Below, piece by piece: positions 27,544 to 36,917 of a stretch of 64,000 nucleotides of DNA; the first letter of the stretch is position 1; each line of letters starts with the position of its first letter. The notes beneath the pieces were generated by a model. That model saw nothing but the letters and a program-made list of their open reading frames with translations, made no database searches and was not told the DNA's origin. This DNA is from an uncultured candidate division Zixibacteria bacterium (GTDB lineage Bacteria > Zixibacteria > MSB-5A5 > GN15 > FEB-12), in the NCBI GenBank assembly GCA_963735035.1, contig CAVTJJ010000006.1:352001-416000 (forward strand). Reading direction: 5' to 3'. Both the position numbers and the translations under genes were made by a program.

Positions 27544-30463
27544 GATAATTACTACCGTCGCGACCCCGCTTCTGGTGGTCCTGATAGCGGGCTTCTTGAT
27601 CGTGCGCTTCGGCTACTTCTCCGGACGGGATATCGGTGGACGAGCGCCATTTGTGACCGGCTCCGTGATTCTACTGATTGTATCGCTCTGGAAAGTCGTT
27701 CAACTGGCCTCCGACTATTCTGATTGGTTTGTCGTGGGGGCCTATCCGCTGATAGACTTTGCGCTGTATCTCTTGATCGCTCTAGGCGTGGTGTTGGTGG
27801 TGGTCGGCCTGGCGTTGTATGCTGATTACTGGCAGGAACGACGGGTCGAAGTGGAGGAGCGTCTCGGTCGCCTCTCGATCCTTGACAATCTTCAGCACGA
27901 CAGTCGCCAGCCGTATCATGTCCTCGAAATGCTCAACATCTCGCTCCGCGAGATTCTCGTGCAATATCCGATGGCGGCCGGTGCGGTGTTCCTGGTCAAC
28001 CGAACCCGGCGACAGTTTGTGCTCACTTCTTCATCGGGGCTACACAAAGAAGAAGTCGCCTATCTGGAATATTACCCGCTGGAACGGAACGCTGTCAGCC
28101 AGGCGGTGGAGCTGGGCGATGCCATGTTGCTGGCGCAATTCGATTTCATCGACCGATCGGGGGCCCGAGTGCCCTCACGTTTCAACAGCATCCTCATTAT
28201 GCCGTTGATCTCGGGCATGGAGAAGATCGGTGGCTTGCTCTTGTTCTCAGAGGAGCACCAGTTCTTCGGCACTCAGGATATTAGGTATCTCTCTCCGGTC
28301 TCGCAATGGCTGGCCGAGAGACTCAAATCGGCCCGGCTGTCTCGGCTGCTGACGCAGGCCGAAAGCCAACGCGAAAGCGACAAAGCCCGCCATTCCGAAC
28401 TGACTGTCAGGCTCGGCACCACCGCCCGCGCGGCCGGATCAAATGACCCGATCACCGGTTTCTGCCTGGCGCTCGTGGGTTTGGCCGATTCCGAATCAGT
28501 GCATCTGTGTGGCTTGCGTCAGGGACTGCTGGTCATGCACGGCGGCAGTGAACCGATGTTTGATCTCTCGGAGAATCTTCGGACCGCGCTGGTCGACGGC
28601 ATCGATCGCGCCAAGCCGCTGATCATCAACCAGGAATCCGATGACTCCGCTTCGTCAACTCGCGTAGTGCAATCAAGCCTCCTTTATCCTATCCCATCGA
28701 CCAGTGCTGACGCGCTGTTGTTCGTAAAGTCCGGTCGACCGTTTGCGGTCGATGACACCAATCTCAAACTGCTGGAAAGTTTCGCGCAACTGGCCGGATT
28801 GGTTGTTCGCATGGACGATGACAACCGTCTTCGGCTCACCCGGCGCAAAGGGTTTGAAATCATTCTGGAAATGCTCCAGTCTGAAGCCGTAGGTCCCGAT
28901 GTGGTTCGGGGCGCGGAGTACTTCCTCGATGCGATTTGTCGGGTCTTCCCGAGAAAAGCGGTCTGTCTGTCGTTTGTCCCGAGCGACGGTTCTGGGTTCA
29001 AAGCTGTTTGCCCATCCGGACGTCCTGAAAAAGACATTACAGCTGACTGGGAGATTGAATCTGCCGAAGGGGCCATCGGGACCGTGGTCGAATCCGGTCG
29101 CACCGTTATCGTGTTCGGCAAAGCGGCCGTCTCTCGACATCTGGAAAATTACGGCGACCTGAGCCGTACCGGTTTCCAGCGCTTGTTCGGAGAACGTGGG
29201 CTGCCCGAATTCATGGCCTATTGTCCGATCACGGACGGTCGGCAGTTGGCAATAGCGCTTGTAGTTTCGTTCACCATGGAAGACCACGAGCGCGGGGAAT
29301 GGGAACGTTTGCTCACTCTTGCCGCCGGAATGTGCTCGCTTCGGCTGACCATGATTCGACTTCAGCATCCCGAAGTCATCGCCGCGAAAACGCACGAGCC
29401 TTTCAACATTCCCGGCGAGCTTCTAAATGAATTCAACAATCTATTGTCCGGTGTCGTAGGAACGGCGGAGTTGGCGGCCAGAGATAGTCATTTATCCGAA
29501 GATGCTCGCGCCAGGCTTCGGTCGATTGCCGAGCAGGCGGAACAAGCGGCCGGGGTAGCGCGACGTGCACTTTCGTCGTCTTCGACTCCACCCGAAAGTA
29601 CACTCGCACCGGATCTGATCAATCAGGATATTCGTAGAGAGCTGGACCGGGTCCGGGTCGCAGGTAATCTTTACATGGCTGGGAGACGCCCCCGCGAGAT
29701 CGATCTCAGGCTCGAGGCTGTTCCGAAGATTGCGTTGCCGCCGCTCCGTTTCGGCGAGCTGTTCCGGACTCTTCTGGATCGGTTTGCGGCTCTGGCCGAA
29801 GACGATGACCTGTTCACGGTGGCAACCTATGTTCGAGACAATTTCGTATATCTCGATCTGTCCCGGCACCGCCGCAATTTTCCGCCGGTGGCTCCTATTG
29901 CCGGTTTCGGTAGATATATTTCGTCCGATGAGGCCTTCAGGAGCCGTCCTGCGGATGTCTATCTGAGCCATGTGCTCGATGCCGGTACCGGGTACGCAGT
30001 CGACAGTGAGTCGGCCTCACCGGCCTATCTGTCTTTCCGGTTTCCTATGAAAGAGGCCAATAGCGTCCCGAACCGCTCGGGTTCGGCCTCCCGGCCGAGA
30101 CTGTTAGCCATTGATGATCAAGCAGTTATACTCGATCTCATTTCTGCCATGGGTCAGTCTCTTGGTTACGACGTCAGGACCGCTTCTACCGGTGAAGAGG
30201 GACTCCGTCTGGCTGAACAGGATTCCTTCGAGGCCGTTCTGACTGATCTGGCTCTTCCGGGCATCTCCGGGCTCGAAGTTGCCCGCAGAATTACACTCCA
30301 GTACCCAGGGACGCCGGTGATACTGGTTACTGGCTGGAGCACACCGCTCAAGGCCGAAGAACTGGCCAGTTCCGGCGTGGCCGAAGTTGTCTACAAGCCG
30401 TTTCGAATTGAACAGCTCACCGCAGTCGTTCGAACCGTTGTCGCCGGCCGGGTTCGCTCCTGA
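27536..30463 (+). CDS. Membrane GAF-domain signalling protein with degenerate HisKA and C-terminal receiver domain
   Basis: 3 N-terminal TMs, GAF-like domains, LNEFNNLLSGV (H-box without His), LAIDD...LTDLALPGISG...YKP REC. Confidence 0.8.
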   Translation: MVEIITTVATPLLVVLIAGFLIVRFGYFSGRDIGGRAPFVTGSVILLIVSLWKVVQLASDYSDWFVVGAYPLIDFALYLLIALGVVLVVVGLALYADYWQERRVEVEERLGRLSILDNLQHDSRQPYHVLEMLNISLREILVQYPMAAGAVFLVNRTRRQFVLTSSSGLHKEEVAYLEYYPLERNAVSQAVELGDAMLLAQFDFIDRSGARVPSRFNSILIMPLISGMEKIGGLLLFSEEHQFFGTQDIRYLSPVSQWLAERLKSARLSRLLTQAESQRESDKARHSELTVRLGTTARAAGSNDPITGFCLALVGLADSESVHLCGLRQGLLVMHGGSEPMFDLSENLRTALVDGIDRAKPLIINQESDDSASSTRVVQSSLLYPIPSTSADALLFVKSGRPFAVDDTNLKLLESFAQLAGLVVRMDDDNRLRLTRRKGFEIILEMLQSEAVGPDVVRGAEYFLDAICRVFPRKAVCLSFVPSDGSGFKAVCPSGRPEKDITADWEIESAEGAIGTVVESGRTVIVFGKAAVSRHLENYGDLSRTGFQRLFGERGLPEFMAYCPITDGRQLAIALVVSFTMEDHERGEWERLLTLAAGMCSLRLTMIRLQHPEVIAAKTHEPFNIPGELLNEFNNLLSGVVGTAELAARDSHLSEDARARLRSIAEQAEQAAGVARRALSSSSTPPESTLAPDLINQDIRRELDRVRVAGNLYMAGRRPREIDLRLEAVPKIALPPLRFGELFRTLLDRFAALAEDDDLFTVATYVRDNFVYLDLSRHRRNFPPVAPIAGFGRYISSDEAFRSRPADVYLSHVLDAGTGYAVDSESASPAYLSFRFPMKEANSVPNRSGSASRPRLLAIDDQAVILDLISAMGQSLGYDVRTASTGEEGLRLAEQDSFEAVLTDLALPGISGLEVARRITLQYPGTPVILVTGWSTPLKAEELASSGVAEVVYKPFRIEQLTAVVRTVVAGRVRS

Positions 30464-30479
30464 CCCGGCGATTTGATTG

Positions 30480-30506
30480 TCAAACACCGCCATTTCCTGC
30501 CGATAA
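30480..30506 (+). promoter_or_regulatory. sigma28 (FliA)-like promoter
   Basis: TCAA-N15-GCCGATAA, 31 nt upstream of the HDOD gene start. Confidence 0.55.
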
Positions 30507-30537
30507 TAAGGGGGAGAACAAATAGGAGTGTCGGTAA

Positions 30538-31866
30538 ATGGACAAAATGATGATTCTTTCCCAGGTACGGGAAGGACGCGACCTATTATCCTTGCCCCAG
30601 GCCCTGGCCCAGATCCTCAGAGAAGTTGACAACCCGGATTTCGGTTCGGATCAATTGGCCCGGATCATCCTGAAGGATCCGCCGCTCACGGCCAAGATTC
30701 TCAAGCTGGCCAATTCGTCGATGTATCGACGTTATTCCCAGGTATCCAATGTACATCAGGCGGTTCAGACGCTGGGGGCAGTGACTGTAAAGTGCCTGGC
30801 GCTGTCGAGTTCGGTATTTCATCCCGAGCAGATCAAGGCGAATTCCGGAATAGATCCTCAGCGCTATTTCGAGAATGTTTTGACTGTAGCTGCGGCCTGC
30901 GAGAAAATCGCCGGAGCCCTGCGCTACCATTCGGCGGAAGAAGCGTTCATTGCCGGACTACTTCACGATATGGGCACTCTGTTCTTCCTGCACAACTACC
31001 CGAAAGACTATCGTAAGGTTGTGGAGAGCCACGCCAAGGGGATCGGCGGCATCATCAGTGCTGAGCGTCGGGTTTTCGGTACCGACCATTGCGAAGTAGG
31101 TGCGTCGCTGGCGAGTCGCTGGCGGCTGCCGGAATACATTGTTGATGCCATCCGCGACCATCACAATCTAAGCCCGGGTGATGTTACGAATCCGATTCCG
31201 CGCGTGGTTCGGCTGGCCACTCTGATGGTTGACCAGAGCCTGACCGGACACTATCTCGATCTCGAAACCAGGCTGCCGGCGATCAGCGCGACCGCCGCGA
31301 TGCTGGAGATTCCCAAGGAGCAGGTAGACGGTATATCCGTGTCGCTGCTCTCCGCCACAGTGGCGACGGCCGAATATCTGGAAGTTGACATTGGCAGCGT
31401 GGAAAATATTCTGACCCGGGCCAACCAGGAAATCTGGCGTACCTATTTCATGGTGGAAAATCTATTCCGCGAGCGCCAGGAGTTGACCCAGAAACTTCTG
31501 CAGCAGGAGCGGGCTCGAGGGGCGTCCGAAACCAAGGCTATCGCCATGGCGACGCTTTCGCACTATCTCAATAATGCTGCTATGGCTATTTACGGTCGCT
31601 CCCAGATGGTCCGCATACAACTACGCAAAGGCGAGAATGACCAGTTGCTGGACAAGCTGCCGGCGGCACTCAACGTGATCGATACGGGGGTTAAGAAGAT
31701 CGTCGCGGTGCTTTCGGAAATGAAAGAAATCACCCCAATCGACGAGACCGAGTTCCTCTCGACTTCCAAGGCCATGAACATCGACGATCGCATCCGGCGT
31801 CGCATGGAAGAACTCGATCGGGATTCGGGTGTGGTTATACCCGAAGAAGCCGAAGTCAAAGTCTGA
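30538..31866 (+). CDS. HDOD domain protein with C-terminal HisKA-like segment
   Basis: DPPLTAKILKLANS, AFIAGLLHDMG, DHCEVG...WRLP; later ATLSHYLNNA. Confidence 0.9.
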   Translation: MDKMMILSQVREGRDLLSLPQALAQILREVDNPDFGSDQLARIILKDPPLTAKILKLANSSMYRRYSQVSNVHQAVQTLGAVTVKCLALSSSVFHPEQIKANSGIDPQRYFENVLTVAAACEKIAGALRYHSAEEAFIAGLLHDMGTLFFLHNYPKDYRKVVESHAKGIGGIISAERRVFGTDHCEVGASLASRWRLPEYIVDAIRDHHNLSPGDVTNPIPRVVRLATLMVDQSLTGHYLDLETRLPAISATAAMLEIPKEQVDGISVSLLSATVATAEYLEVDIGSVENILTRANQEIWRTYFMVENLFRERQELTQKLLQQERARGASETKAIAMATLSHYLNNAAMAIYGRSQMVRIQLRKGENDQLLDKLPAALNVIDTGVKKIVAVLSEMKEITPIDETEFLSTSKAMNIDDRIRRRMEELDRDSGVVIPEEAEVKV

Positions 31867-31873
31867 ACTTCTC

Positions 31874-31905
31874 AAGCGGCCGGTTGACCCGGCCGCTTTC
31901 ATTTT
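31874..31905 (+). terminator. Hairpin/terminator
   Basis: AAGCGGCCGG...CCGGCCGCTTTCATTTT. Confidence 0.65.
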
Positions 31906-31917
31906 GTAGACTATAGT

Positions 31918-33117
31918 ATGTTGACCTGTCTTACGAGCGGTGAATCGCACGGTCCCTGCCTTACGGCTATTGTAGACGGTCTCCCGGCGGGGCTATCAAT
32001 TGATCTCGATCAGATCAATTTTCACCTGGCGCGACGACAGAAAGGGTATGGTCGGGGGGGACGTCAGCGGATCGAAAAAGATACCGCCAGAATCGTCTCC
32101 GGAGTACGGCACGGCATCACCATGGGTGGGCCGATTACACTGGTGATCGAGAATCGCGACTGGGCCAACTGGGCGCCCGTCATGGATCCGATCAACCCGC
32201 CGACCGAACCGCTCACTCCCAAGCAACAGAAACTGCTCAAGGATACTTCGCGACCTAGACCTGGCCACGCCGATCTGGCGGGGGGAATAAAGTACGGTCA
32301 TCATGATCTTCGCAATGTGCTGGAGCGCGCCTCGGCTCGCGAGACTGCAGCCCGCGTAGCGGCTGGAGCCCTGGTCAGACAACTTTTGGAACGGTTTGAC
32401 GTCCGGATCGTCTCCCACGTGGTGCGGATCGGCGAAGTAGCACTCAAAGCTGGATTCCCACGTCCGGAGCTTGAGCTGATCCAAAAGCTGTCCGAGAAAT
32501 CTGACGTTCGCTGCATTGACACCAAAACCGGACAACGAATGAAGACCGCGATTCGTCAGGCCATGAAACAACGCGATTCGCTGGGCGGTGTGGCAGAGAT
32601 TATCATCTCAGGACTCCCGGCCGGACTGGGGAGCTTCTCGCAATCGGCGGATCGGCTTGATGGCCGGCTCGCGGGTGCGCTGATGTCTATCCAGTCGGCC
32701 AGGGCGGTAGAGATCGGTCTGGGTTTTGAGGCAGCGGCAAAGCATGGATCAGAAGTTCAGGATGAGATATTCTACGATCCCGCCGGCGACCCCGCTCGGA
32801 AGCGGTTCTATCGCCAGACCAATAATGCCGGCGGCCTGGAAGGCGGTATCACGAACGGGGAAGACGTAATCGCCCGAGTGGCGGTCAAACCGATTTCCAC
32901 TCTGATGCGTCCTCTATTGACGGTGGATGTACATACCAAAAAAACGGCCAGAGCGATGGTGGAGCGGACCGATGTCTGCGTTGTACCGGCGGTTGCTGTC
33001 GTCGCCGAAGCCGCGGCGACGATGGTTTTCGCTGACGCCTTTCTTCACAAATTTGGCTCGGATAATCTCAACGAAATCGAGCGGAATTACCAGGCCTACC
33101 TCAAGGACGAATACTAA
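31918..33117 (+). CDS. aroC: Chorismate synthase
   Basis: TSGESHG, RPGHAD, ERASARETAARVAAG, NNAGGLEGG, KPIST. Confidence 0.97.
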   Translation: MLTCLTSGESHGPCLTAIVDGLPAGLSIDLDQINFHLARRQKGYGRGGRQRIEKDTARIVSGVRHGITMGGPITLVIENRDWANWAPVMDPINPPTEPLTPKQQKLLKDTSRPRPGHADLAGGIKYGHHDLRNVLERASARETAARVAAGALVRQLLERFDVRIVSHVVRIGEVALKAGFPRPELELIQKLSEKSDVRCIDTKTGQRMKTAIRQAMKQRDSLGGVAEIIISGLPAGLGSFSQSADRLDGRLAGALMSIQSARAVEIGLGFEAAAKHGSEVQDEIFYDPAGDPARKRFYRQTNNAGGLEGGITNGEDVIARVAVKPISTLMRPLLTVDVHTKKTARAMVERTDVCVVPAVAVVAEAAATMVFADAFLHKFGSDNLNEIERNYQAYLKDEY

Positions 33118-33210
33118 AGTTTCGCCTTCTTGCGTCGCTGTTCTACTCCATATTTAAGTTGCCTCTGGAACGGTCTTCGCCTAGACTGCGGCTATTGAAA
33201 GGAGACTCGC

Positions 33211-34701
33211 ATGCAATACTCATTCAGCTACGACAAGCCATCTGATCTGAAAGAAGACGTGGTGGTTTGTTTTGTCCCTGAAATCAAAGAAGCCAGTGGC
33301 CCCTACTTGAAAATTCTCGATAATGCGTCCGGAGGACTGCTTTCTCGATCCGCAACCGCCCAGGAATTCAACGGCAAGTCAGGCGAGTTCATCTCTTTCA
33401 CCAATCCCAAAGATTGGAAAACACGACGACTGGTCTTGGCCGGTATAGGTGATTCCAAGAAGCTCAATGCTGATGTCTTTCGTCGGGTGTTAGGCGATCT
33501 CTCGCGGCAGAAGGTCGTGACCCAGTCAAAATCCGTGGCCTTGCATTTTGGCAGCTATGGCGACGATTCATTCTTTCAGGCGGCAGTCGAAGGGTATCTC
33601 CTCGGATCATACAAGCAACGCGAGTATAAGACAGGTGACGCCGCTCAGGACAAGAGCCGACTATCGCACTTGAGATTCTCGGTCAGTCGTGCAGCGTGGA
33701 TCAAGAAGGCCCAGCGGGCGGTCGAGCGCGGGACTATCATTGCCGAAGGTCAATTGCTCGTCAGGGACCTTGTCCAGACTCCGGCGGGGGACCTGACCCC
33801 GAAGATATATGCTGCAAAGGCTCAGCAATTGACGCGCAAACATAAGATCTCCTGCCATATCCTCGATGAGAAAGCGATCACTCAGGAGAAGATGGGGGCG
33901 CTTTTGGGCGTGGCCCGAGGTTCGGAAGAACCGCCCCGTTTCATGATTCTCGAATACAAGGGTGTCGTGGGACAGAAGCCTGTGGTGCTGGTAGGCAAAG
34001 GGGTCACGTTCGATTCGGGCGGCATCTCGCTGAAGCCGGGTCAGGATATGCACGAGATGAAAGGTGATATGGCCGGCTCGGCCGTTGTGCTGGCTACTCT
34101 GATTACAGCGGCCCGCCTCAAGCTGCGTATTCATCTCGTAGCGTTGATGCCCCTTACCGAGAACATGCCCTCGGGGCATGCCACTCGTCCCGGCGATATC
34201 CTCGTCTCGCGGAAGGGCAAGACCATCGAGGTGATAAATACCGACGCCGAAGGTCGCCTCATTCTGGCCGATGCCCTCGATTACGCCAACAAATTCAAGC
34301 CTCAAGTGGTAATCGACATCGCGACTCTTACCGGCGCGGCGCTGTATGTCCTGGGGTTTGCCGGGGCGCCTATCATGGGCAACAATAAGAAATTGCTGGA
34401 TCGAATCAGCGCCGCTGCCGACGTCACAGCCGAAAAAGTCTGGCCGTTGCCGATCTGGGACGAACATCGCGACCAGATGAAATCGAGCATAGCCGATCTG
34501 GTGAACTCAGGAGGACGTCCGGCCGGTACCATCGCCGGGGCGGCATTCCTCGAGAACTTCATAGGCGACTGGCCTTGGGCACATATTGACATCGCCTACT
34601 GCGATGTCGAGCACGGCGGGAAACCGTACGTACCTAAAGGGGCGACCGGATTCGGCCTACGGCTTCTTATCGAAGTCATTTCCAACTGGAAGAAATTGTA
34701 A
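33211..34701 (+). CDS. pepA: Leucyl aminopeptidase (M17)
   Basis: GKGVTFDSGG, MKGDMAG, NTDAEGRL, DIATLTG. Confidence 0.96.
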   Translation: MQYSFSYDKPSDLKEDVVVCFVPEIKEASGPYLKILDNASGGLLSRSATAQEFNGKSGEFISFTNPKDWKTRRLVLAGIGDSKKLNADVFRRVLGDLSRQKVVTQSKSVALHFGSYGDDSFFQAAVEGYLLGSYKQREYKTGDAAQDKSRLSHLRFSVSRAAWIKKAQRAVERGTIIAEGQLLVRDLVQTPAGDLTPKIYAAKAQQLTRKHKISCHILDEKAITQEKMGALLGVARGSEEPPRFMILEYKGVVGQKPVVLVGKGVTFDSGGISLKPGQDMHEMKGDMAGSAVVLATLITAARLKLRIHLVALMPLTENMPSGHATRPGDILVSRKGKTIEVINTDAEGRLILADALDYANKFKPQVVIDIATLTGAALYVLGFAGAPIMGNNKKLLDRISAAADVTAEKVWPLPIWDEHRDQMKSSIADLVNSGGRPAGTIAGAAFLENFIGDWPWAHIDIAYCDVEHGGKPYVPKGATGFGLRLLIEVISNWKKL

Positions 34702-34726
34702 CGGCATAGACGCCTGGCTACGCAAC

Positions 34727-34765
34727 AAAGAGGGCCGGATCTTGATGATCCGGCCCTTTGCTTTT
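34727..34765. terminator. Bidirectional terminator between convergent genes
   Basis: AGGGCCGGATC...GATCCGGCCCT flanked by A- and T-rich tracts. Confidence 0.75.
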
Positions 34766-34789
34766 GCGCTTGGAAGTAAATTACAGATG

Positions 34790-35818
34790 CTATTTGGACC
34801 AGGCGGGAGCGGAGTCCTGACCGGGACCGGTCAGCTTGCGCGCACCGTTGCCGGTGATATCACAAATCCAGATCGAACCGTCCCGCGTGGCAAAAGTAAG
34901 CCACTTTGAATCGGGAGAGAACGACGGCGCTATGGCGTAGAGTCCGGTCGCCGGTGGCGGAGTATAAACCAGAAATCTCTCGGACAAATCAGCGGATACG
35001 ATATACAAACCCGGTTCGGACATCTTGTTGTTTACGCAGGCGATCCACTTGCCATCGGGTGACCAGGCCGGAGCCACGAGGTCAGCCATTTTCATCGACA
35101 GCTTTCCGACCTCGCCCAGACCGAGCATGAAATCGTTCTTGGGTAGTTTCACCAGACCCTGCTGGCGGAACCCACCCTCGGATGTCTTGACCATGTGCAC
35201 GAAGACAATCTCGCCGGCGGCATTCATAGTCGGCGAAATAAAGAACTCGGACATGTTCTGCCAGTCACGGCGCAGCAAATCTTCCGTACCGCCCTCAGCC
35301 GGGGTCATGACACAGACCTGGTAATTCGGAAGGAAGGCATTTACGAAATTGGCGTTCATGTCCTTGTAGTAGATGATCGACTGACCGTCGGCGCTCCACT
35401 CCGGATCGCGCGAACCCACTCCGTCGGTGATGCGATACCAGAAATTGCTATTACCCGCTGCGGCCGAATCGACATAGGCGATAAAGATGTCGTACACTTT
35501 GTGGTTTCCGCCCAGATTGTCCGGACCCTGCAGCGTAACACGGCCGGAACGGGTGAAGGCAATACGCTTGCCATCGGGAGCCCAGCTTACCCGACCATCG
35601 GCGTTTCCGGCTTCACAGACTTTAGTTTGCTGTCCGCCGGAGGCGTCCATCATCCAGACGTTCTTGTCACGAATGAAAGCAATCTTACCGGTCGGGGCGC
35701 CGATCTGACCGGCCCTTGCGGGGGGAAGTTTATCGACGGCAAGAAGGGTTGTAGCTGCCGGTAGCAGCAGGAACAGAGCAGTCGCCATGCAGGCGGTCAA
35801 GAACGTTTTTTTCGTCAC
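34790..35818 (-). CDS. Secreted TolB-like PD40 beta-propeller protein
   Basis: Signal peptide; WAPDGKRIAF, WSPDGKWIA, FSPDSKWL repeats; GTG start. Confidence 0.85.
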   Translation of the reverse strand: MTKKTFLTACMATALFLLLPAATTLLAVDKLPPARAGQIGAPTGKIAFIRDKNVWMMDASGGQQTKVCEAGNADGRVSWAPDGKRIAFTRSGRVTLQGPDNLGGNHKVYDIFIAYVDSAAAGNSNFWYRITDGVGSRDPEWSADGQSIIYYKDMNANFVNAFLPNYQVCVMTPAEGGTEDLLRRDWQNMSEFFISPTMNAAGEIVFVHMVKTSEGGFRQQGLVKLPKNDFMLGLGEVGKLSMKMADLVAPAWSPDGKWIACVNNKMSEPGLYIVSADLSERFLVYTPPPATGLYAIAPSFSPDSKWLTFATRDGSIWICDITGNGARKLTGPGQDSAPAWSK

Positions 35819-35911
35819 CTGATTTCTCCAGAATCGAGTTATGTCCGGTCCAAGATACACCCGGGGAGACCTCTGTCAATCGGCGAGCACTCTCCCTGAG
35901 CTTTTTTCCGG

Positions 35912-36760
35912 CTACCAGTTGAAAAAGCGCTTCAGCTCGACCTTGGCGCGGATGCCCGAAAGAGCCAAGTCCACGCGTCCCTTTGCGGTGCCGTCGATGC
36001 TGGCGACAATCTCATCACCGTTCGTATTATACCAGGCGACGTTGCCGAAGTTCAGGTAAAGGTAGCCCGCGTCGGCCGCGAGACCCAGGTCCCAAATACC
36101 GATCGGATAATCCGCGCCAACTCCGAACGAGAATCCCGGGGCCGTCCCCTTGAAGCTGGTATTGGTGCCGACCGGCGCTCCGGTGGAGAGATTCAGGTTT
36201 TCATACTCCGGCCAGAGGTCCCACGTGGCGGTGTAGTAGCCCACCGAGCCGCCGAGGCGAACCGCGTACTTGGATAATCCCTGACCCGCGACAGGCGGAT
36301 TGAAAACATAGTACTGGAATGACGAAGTCAGGCCAAATACTTTCAATTCGCTCTTGGGATCCGACGCCACTGTGGTGCCGGTGGACAACTGCAAGTAGGT
36401 GTCGTTCGCAGGCAGGGTCTGGCCCTGCTTGAGCCAGTATTCGCCGCCGATAGACCAGGCGAACCGCTTGTGGAAGACCATCCCGAAGTCGGCTCCGAGA
36501 GATATTCCCCGGTAAATACCCGCGAAAGAGTTGTTTCCAAGCTTCGCGCTTTCGACGACGGCGAAGTCATTGTAGTCGTTGTGACGGTTGATTCGATCGA
36601 CGCTGCAATTGAACGACGCCCATCCGAGTCTCGAAGTCTGTTTCGCCACGGTCTTATTGAGATACCGGTTGACGATTTCCTGTTCCGTTTCGGCGGTGGC
36701 CAAACCGACCAGCATCACCAGCGACGTGAACAAGGCGATAAGTGTAAATCTGAGGCGCAT
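35912..36760 (-). CDS. Putative outer-membrane beta-barrel protein
   Basis: AGGAGG RBS, signal peptide, alternating beta-strand pattern, C-terminal Trp. Confidence 0.7.
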   Translation of the reverse strand: MRLRFTLIALFTSLVMLVGLATAETEQEIVNRYLNKTVAKQTSRLGWASFNCSVDRINRHNDYNDFAVVESAKLGNNSFAGIYRGISLGADFGMVFHKRFAWSIGGEYWLKQGQTLPANDTYLQLSTGTTVASDPKSELKVFGLTSSFQYYVFNPPVAGQGLSKYAVRLGGSVGYYTATWDLWPEYENLNLSTGAPVGTNTSFKGTAPGFSFGVGADYPIGIWDLGLAADAGYLYLNFGNVAWYNTNGDEIVASIDGTAKGRVDLALSGIRAKVELKRFFNW

Positions 36761-36861
36761 TTTACCTCCTAAAGCGCTAAAGTCTCCGTTCCTGAGATTT
36801 ATCGGTAGCCGACGGAGGAATCTTGACGAACTCTTGAGAAAGCCTGCCCTAGGCCCAGTAA

Positions 36862-36896
36862 TAAAACGAGGCGGGCGCTTGCGCACCCGCCTCGTT
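36862..36896 (-). terminator. Terminator downstream of PFOR
   Basis: AACGAGGCGGG...CCCGCCTCGTT stem with T-tail on the minus strand. Confidence 0.75.
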
Positions 36897-36917
36897 CATC
36901 GAAAGTCATTGTTGGGC

